A stretch of 64,000 nucleotides of DNA from Thermoplasmata archaeon. Its GTDB lineage: Archaea; Thermoplasmatota; E2; JACPAO01; JAHFTW01. Of this stretch, positions 59,340 through 64,000 are shown piece by piece. Numbering within the stretch: the stretch's first letter is position 1; each line of letters begins with the position of its first letter. The DNA lies in assembly GCA_034667725.1 (NCBI GenBank), contig JAXDQS010000003.1:192001-256000 (forward strand), given 5' to 3'. A model generated the notes under the pieces. The model saw only the letters and a list, made by a program, of their open reading frames with translations, was not told the origin of the DNA and searched no databases. The translations under genes and the position numbers were made by a program.

Positions 59340-59549
59340 TCAGATGTTCTTGTCGCAATAGCCGTTGGTGCCGCCCTCCGGCGTCACCCGCGTGGCCAGC
59401 CAGACCCCGAACGGCGTCACCGCGACCAGCCCAAGTCCCCAGGGCTGCCCCTCGGTGGTGAACATCAGGCCCACGATGCCGACCGTGACCGAGGACAGAA
59501 CGAGGAGCACGGCGCCCAGCTTCCGGAGCCAGTCAAGGGCGGCGCGCAT
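59340..59549 (-). CDS. small 2-TM protein
   Basis: MRAALDWLRKLG..; directly 3' of tRNA-His. Confidence 0.55.
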   Translation of the reverse strand: MRAALDWLRKLGAVLLVLSSVTVGIVGLMFTTEGQPWGLGLVAVTPFGVWLATRVTPEGGTNGYCDKNI

Positions 59550-59553
59550 GAGG

Positions 59554-59628
59554 GGCCCGGGGAGGGATTCGAACCCTCCACAAGGGAGCCACAATCCCAT
59601 ATGTTAACCAGGCTACACTACCCGGGCC
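59554..59628 (-). tRNA. tRNA-His(GTG)
   Basis: G-1 encoded, GCCCGGG..GGGA TT GTG GC TCCC..TTCGAAT..CCCGGGC C73. Confidence 0.93.
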
Positions 59629-59821
59629 ATGCAGTTCGGACGCGCGGCCGAGGGAGGCCGCAGCGCAAGGGTGGCGGCGCGGAACCCCGTTCCATGCCTC
59701 TTGCGCAGGGGCGCCCGACTCGGGCGGGCTTAAAAAAGACGCGCCGGCGCCTTCGGGTCCTGCCGCTTGGAAGCCTGCCCCCTGCGAAGCTTGAAGCCCA
59801 CGACATGCTGGACGGCTTGCA

Positions 59822-60937
59822 ATGGCCGTGGACCCCGCCGTCATCGTGATCAGCCTGGTGGCCGCCATCCTCCTGATGCTGCTGCTTGCCGCCTCGATCC
59901 GTGTCGTCCAGCCCTATGAGCAGGGCCTCTACATCTTCCTCGGCAAGTACCGGGGCAAGCGCAACACCGGCGTGAACCTCATCATCCCGATGGGCAGCCG
60001 TCTCATCAAGCTCGACATGCGCACCCAGGTCCTCGACGTCCCGCGCCAGGAGGTCATCACCAAGGACAACTCGCCCACCAACGTGGACGCCGTCATCTAC
60101 ACCAAGGTCATCGACGCCGAGCGCGCCACCTTCGAGGTGTCCGACTACCGCTTCGCCACCATCGCCCTTGCCCAGACCACGCTGCGCTCGGTGATCGGCG
60201 ACATGGAGCTGGACGAGGTGCTCAACTCGCGCGAGCGCATCAACACCCGCCTGCGGGACATGCTCGACCAGGCCACCGACGCCTGGGGCGTCAAGGTCGA
60301 GGCCGTCGAGATCCGCGAGGTCGACCCCGTCGAGCGCGTCAAGCGCGCCATGGAGGAGCAGACCTCGGCGGAGCGCGAGCGCCGCGCCGCCATCCTGAAG
60401 GCCGACGGCGCCAAGCGCGCGGCCGTCCTGGAGGCGGAGGGCCTCAAGCGCGCCCGCATCCTGCAGGCGGAGGGCATCCGCCAGTCCAAGATCCTGGAGG
60501 CCGAGGGCGACCGCACCGCCCAGATCCTGACCAGCCAGGGCCGTTCGCAGGCGCTGCGCATCCTGGCGCTCGGCACCGTGCCGCTCGACGCCAAGGCGAT
60601 GTCGGTGCTGTCGCTGGACGCGCTCGGCAAGCTCGGCGAGGGCCAGGCCACCAAGATCATCCTGCCCTTCGAGGTCACGAAGGCGCTCCAGGGCGTCAGC
60701 AACTTCCTGGGGGTCGCGCCCGACGCGCCGGCCGGCCGCGCCACCGACGCCAAGGAGCTCGAGAAGATCATCGGCAAGAGCGAGGACGTGCTGGGCGACA
60801 TCCCGAACCACGCCCGCATCAAGGCCGAGCTCGACAGCCTCTCGAAGGAGCTCGAGGCGGAGCAGCAGGAGGCCGAGGCCATCGCGGAGCCGCGGGCGCT
60901 CACCAAGAAGGGCAAGCAGTCGCACTCGACGGCGTAG
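59822..60937 (+). CDS. SPFH/band 7 (QmcA/stomatin-like) protein
   Basis: QEVITKDN, QTTLRSVIG, WGVKV, AERERRA coiled coil. Confidence 0.93.
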   Translation: MAVDPAVIVISLVAAILLMLLLAASIRVVQPYEQGLYIFLGKYRGKRNTGVNLIIPMGSRLIKLDMRTQVLDVPRQEVITKDNSPTNVDAVIYTKVIDAERATFEVSDYRFATIALAQTTLRSVIGDMELDEVLNSRERINTRLRDMLDQATDAWGVKVEAVEIREVDPVERVKRAMEEQTSAERERRAAILKADGAKRAAVLEAEGLKRARILQAEGIRQSKILEAEGDRTAQILTSQGRSQALRILALGTVPLDAKAMSVLSLDALGKLGEGQATKIILPFEVTKALQGVSNFLGVAPDAPAGRATDAKELEKIIGKSEDVLGDIPNHARIKAELDSLSKELEAEQQEAEAIAEPRALTKKGKQSHSTA

Positions 60938-60948
60938 CCGCGAGTCCG

Positions 60949-61009
60949 ACCACGGATTCCACGGATCGCACGGAACGATCGTCGCCGTGGAATCCGTGCG
61001 ATTCGTGGT
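60949..61009. repeat. palindromic REP-like element (CACGGAT type)
   Basis: cacggattccacggatcgcacggaa..ccgtggaatccgtgcgattcgtggt. Confidence 0.65.
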
Positions 61010-61544
61010 GCCTGGAGGGCCCGCGAAGCAGCCCGAACAGGCTTTCCCCGCCCCCTCGCTCGACCCTTCGATGGCCAAGGCCTGGTACAAGGCGGCCTGG
61101 AGCGTGGCCGACAACGCCATGCGCACCTGGTCGGAGCGGCTGCAGAAGGTGGTGCGCCTGCTGCGCCTCGCGCGCGCCCTGCTGGTGGTGGGCATCCTCT
61201 TGGTGCTGGCCTCCGCCGTCGTCGGCCTGGCCTGGCCGCAGTACTTCGCCTACGCCTACGCCGTCGCGGTGCTGGTCCTCGTCGTCCCGCTCGTGATGCT
61301 GGTGTTCCTGGTCGGGCTGCCGCTGCGGGCCCGCTCGGTGGTGCGCCTCATCGACATGGGCTACCCGGCCAACGCCCGCGAGCTGGCCATCCGGGTCCTG
61401 GCCCGCAAGCTGCACGACGAGTCCATCGCCAGCGAGGAACTGCTGTGGGACACCGCCGTCAACGAGGGCCGCAAGTGGATGCGCAAGATGGAGGAGGAGC
61501 GCGGCAAGCGCAACGGCCCCGACGGCCCCGACCCTCAGCCTTGA
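61008..61544 (+). CDS. 2-TM hypothetical protein
   Basis: Host codon usage; start uncertain (GTG 61008 or ATG 61071). Confidence 0.65.
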   Translation: MPGGPAKQPEQAFPAPSLDPSMAKAWYKAAWSVADNAMRTWSERLQKVVRLLRLARALLVVGILLVLASAVVGLAWPQYFAYAYAVAVLVLVVPLVMLVFLVGLPLRARSVVRLIDMGYPANARELAIRVLARKLHDESIASEELLWDTAVNEGRKWMRKMEEERGKRNGPDGPDPQP

Positions 61545-61679
61545 AGACGCGGCCGGACCAACCTGAAGGCTGAAGGGACCCGTGCCGGAGCCCGGTGGGC
61601 ACGGCGCGGAGGCCCGTCCTCCAATGGGCCGCGCCCTCGGGTGCCCCTTCCTTTTCATTTCGCCCGTGTTCCCCCGGCC

Positions 61680-62438
61680 GTGCCCGAGCTGGCCGGCCTC
61701 GACCTGGGCACCCTCCTGGGCCTGCTCGCCACCGGGGCTGCCGCCGGCTTCCTCTCGACCACCTTCGGCATCGGCGGCGGCATCCTGATGGTCCCGGTGC
61801 TGCACTATGGCTTCGGCGTCTCGTTCCCGGAGGCCACCGCGCTCTCGCTGCTGGCGATGTGCCTGCCGGCCAGCCTCGGTGTCTACCAGCACGCCCGGCG
61901 CGGCGCCGTCGACTGGCGCATCGGCGGCACCCTCGCCGGCGCGGGCCTGGCCGGCGTCGCCCTCGGCATCTGGCTCCAGCCGCGCGTGCCGACGACCGGC
62001 CTCAAGCTGCTGTTCGCCGTCGTCCTTGTGACCGCGGCCTGGCGCCTGGCCCTGCCCGTCCCGGTGCGGGAAGGGCGGGCCGGCCCGGTCCTCCTGGGCC
62101 TCCTCGGCGCGGGCGCCGGGGTCGCCTCCAAGCTGCTCGGCATCGGCGGCGGCCTGGTCACCGTCCCGGTCCTCACGCTCTCCGGCGTCCCGGTCCACAC
62201 CGCCGTCGGCTCCAGCCTGGTGCCGGTGTTCACCAACGCCGCCGTCGCCGGCACCGCCGCCGTGGCGGCGGGCCTCGACGGGCGGCTGGCGGTGCCTTTG
62301 GCGTTGGCGTCGGCGGTGGCGGGGCCGCTCGGGACCCGGCTGGCGCATGGCATGGCGCCGCTGGGGCTGCGCCGCGCGTTCGCCGGCCTGCTGGTGTTCA
62401 CGGCCGCCTACGTGGCGGCCACTAGCGGGGCGTTCTAG
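61680..62438 (+). CDS. TauE/SafE family exporter
   Basis: Two GIGGG..VP repeats, about 8 TM. Confidence 0.88.
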   Translation: MPELAGLDLGTLLGLLATGAAAGFLSTTFGIGGGILMVPVLHYGFGVSFPEATALSLLAMCLPASLGVYQHARRGAVDWRIGGTLAGAGLAGVALGIWLQPRVPTTGLKLLFAVVLVTAAWRLALPVPVREGRAGPVLLGLLGAGAGVASKLLGIGGGLVTVPVLTLSGVPVHTAVGSSLVPVFTNAAVAGTAAVAAGLDGRLAVPLALASAVAGPLGTRLAHGMAPLGLRRAFAGLLVFTAAYVAATSGAF

Positions 62439-62449
62439 CCGGCCCGCGC

Positions 62450-62689
62450 TTACTCGTGGGCGCCCTGGGGGCGCAACAGCAGGCCGACGAGGCCCATCAG
62501 GATGAACACGCCGGCGGTGGAGAGGATGCCGACGTCGGCGGGCGGGGTGGCGGGCCACAGGAGGCCGGCGACCGCGGCGACGTAGAACAGGACCCCGAAG
62601 GCGAGGCTCGCCAGCGACAGGACCTTCGACAGTTGCATGACGGGCGGGTTGCGCCAGGGATTCTTGACCCTTTTGGGTCGTTCGGCCAC
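62450..62689 (-). CDS. small 2-TM protein
   Basis: FGVLFY..DVGILSTAGVF. Confidence 0.6.
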   Translation of the reverse strand: MAERPKRVKNPWRNPPVMQLSKVLSLASLAFGVLFYVAAVAGLLWPATPPADVGILSTAGVFILMGLVGLLLRPQGAHE

Positions 62690-62691
62690 CC

Positions 62692-63129
62692 TTAGGCGGT
62701 CGTCGGCTGCGCCGTGGCGGCCTGGACGGGCACCTGGCGGCGGCGGACCATCGCGACCCCGGCCATGGCCAGGCAGGCCACGACGGTCACGGAGACGATG
62801 ACGGCCGGCTTGAAGCCGCCCGGGACGATGGCGGTCGCGAGCGCAAGCAGCCCGACGAGGGCCGGGCTCAGGCCCAACGCGAACACCAGGTGCAGCGGGC
62901 GCCGCTCGGCGGGGCCGGGTCGGATGGCAGCCTGGAGGGCGAGGTAGCCGGGGGCCAGGAGGACGGCGGGGGCGCCGATCAGCAGCCGCAGGAGGTTGCC
63001 GGAGGGAAGGACGAGCGCGACCACGCCAGCCAGGAGCACGAGGCCAGCGGCGACCAGCAGGTCGGCAGGCCCGACGCGGCGGACGGTCGGGGTGGTGGGG
63101 TCAGCCGTGAAGCTGGGCGTGCGAGACAC
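62692..63129 (-). CDS. DUF1616-like membrane protein
   Basis: LR..IG.P.VLLAPGY..GLS; start uncertain. Confidence 0.6.
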   Translation of the reverse strand: MSRTPSFTADPTTPTVRRVGPADLLVAAGLVLLAGVVALVLPSGNLLRLLIGAPAVLLAPGYLALQAAIRPGPAERRPLHLVFALGLSPALVGLLALATAIVPGGFKPAVIVSVTVVACLAMAGVAMVRRRQVPVQAATAQPTTA

Positions 63130-63256
63130 GCCGGAGCATCTGCGCCCCAGGGCACAAGGGCCTTCCGCCAGCATTGTCCGCCACCCGTCCGTCCACTTCC
63201 AACGATGTTCCATGGGACGTTTAAGGCCCAATCTGCGACCTGGGGCTTGAATCGCC

Positions 63257-64000
63257 ATGTCGGCTCAACGTGTCAATCTGTGGCTTTGGTCGGTCGCCAT
63301 CCTGGCCGCCGTCTTCGTCGGTCTCCAGGCCCGCCTGGACGACCCGATGTCCTCCCCTGTCATCCCGGCAGAGGACCCCTACACGCACATGGCGCTCGTC
63401 CGCGAGCACTTGCGTGACGGGAGCCTCGACCCCCTCAACGAGCCTGGAAGCCTGTACCCGCCAGGCCTTCACGCCTTCCTTGCAGGCATCGTGGTCTTCA
63501 CCGGCTACGACCTCTACGACCTGGTCCGCTTCGGCCCCGTGCTGTTCGGCGCCATCGCCATCGTCGGCATGGCCGTCCTGTTGTGGCGCTTCGACTCCAA
63601 GGTCGCCGCCTTCGTGGGCGCGGTGGCCATCGCGATCATGCCCGAGGTCGTGTTCCGCAGCACCATGATGAGCCCGACGGCGCTCGACATCGCGATGCTG
63701 CCGTTCCTGTTCTACAGCCTGCTGGAGCTGATGCGCGGCCGCCTCGCCTGGCTGGCCGCAGCCATCCCGATCACGGCGTTCCTGCTGTTCGCGCACCCGT
63801 GGCTCATGGTCATCGTCGGCCTCACCGGCCTCGCCTTCATGGTCCTGACCTGGATCATGCCGTGGCGCTCCCGCGGCGCCGCCTTCGCGCCCGCCGGGTT
63901 CGCCGCCAGCCTCGCCATCGTCGGCAGCGCCCTCGCCCTTGCCCTCGTCGGCTGCGGCGGCGCCTGCGGCCCCGGCTTCCGCGACGTGCTGTCGCCGTCG
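63257..64000 (+). CDS. multi-TM glycosyltransferase-like (GT-C) protein, 3' partial
   Basis: MSAQRVNLW..EDPYTH..YPPGLH..; runs off the window, so absent from the ORF track. Confidence 0.65.
   Translation, partial: MSAQRVNLWLWSVAILAAVFVGLQARLDDPMSSPVIPAEDPYTHMALVREHLRDGSLDPLNEPGSLYPPGLHAFLAGIVVFTGYDLYDLVRFGPVLFGAIAIVGMAVLLWRFDSKVAAFVGAVAIAIMPEVVFRSTMMSPTALDIAMLPFLFYSLLELMRGRLAWLAAAIPITAFLLFAHPWLMVIVGLTGLAFMVLTWIMPWRSRGAAFAPAGFAASLAIVGSALALALVGCGGACGPGFRDVLSPS

Overview
High-GC archaeal chromosome segment. Archaeal markers: an ether-lipid operon (ferredoxin, GGR, DGGGP synthase, GGGP synthase, phosphomevalonate decarboxylase), egsA, a C1:G72 short-arm tRNA-Tyr, an archaeal-type RNase P RNA, an HTH_10 regulator and LAGC lipoproteins. 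Thermoplasmatota is my best guess for the lineage (inference only). Housekeeping content: ccmABCDE, purM, an acyl-CoA ligase, uvrA, gcvH/PA/PB, an SPFH protein, six tRNAs and rnpB. Most notable: (1) an intact, translationally coupled iaaA-cphB-cphA1 cyanophycin operon in an archaeal background; (2) a 3.6-kb AT-richer, integrase-less islet between direct repeats of the tRNA-Glu 3' end, encoding a ParB/DGQHR-like protein coupled to a diadenylate-cyclase(DAC)-fold protein lacking the RHR motif, plus a broken TGT/DUF5591-like gene; (3) a membrane Ser/Thr kinase converging on an HTH-FHA regulator; (4) tRNA 3'-end duplications at four tRNAs; (5) a tandem duplication giving two secreted Cys/Asp-repeat proteins. 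Starts were refined by eye from the ORF track; no database searches were run.
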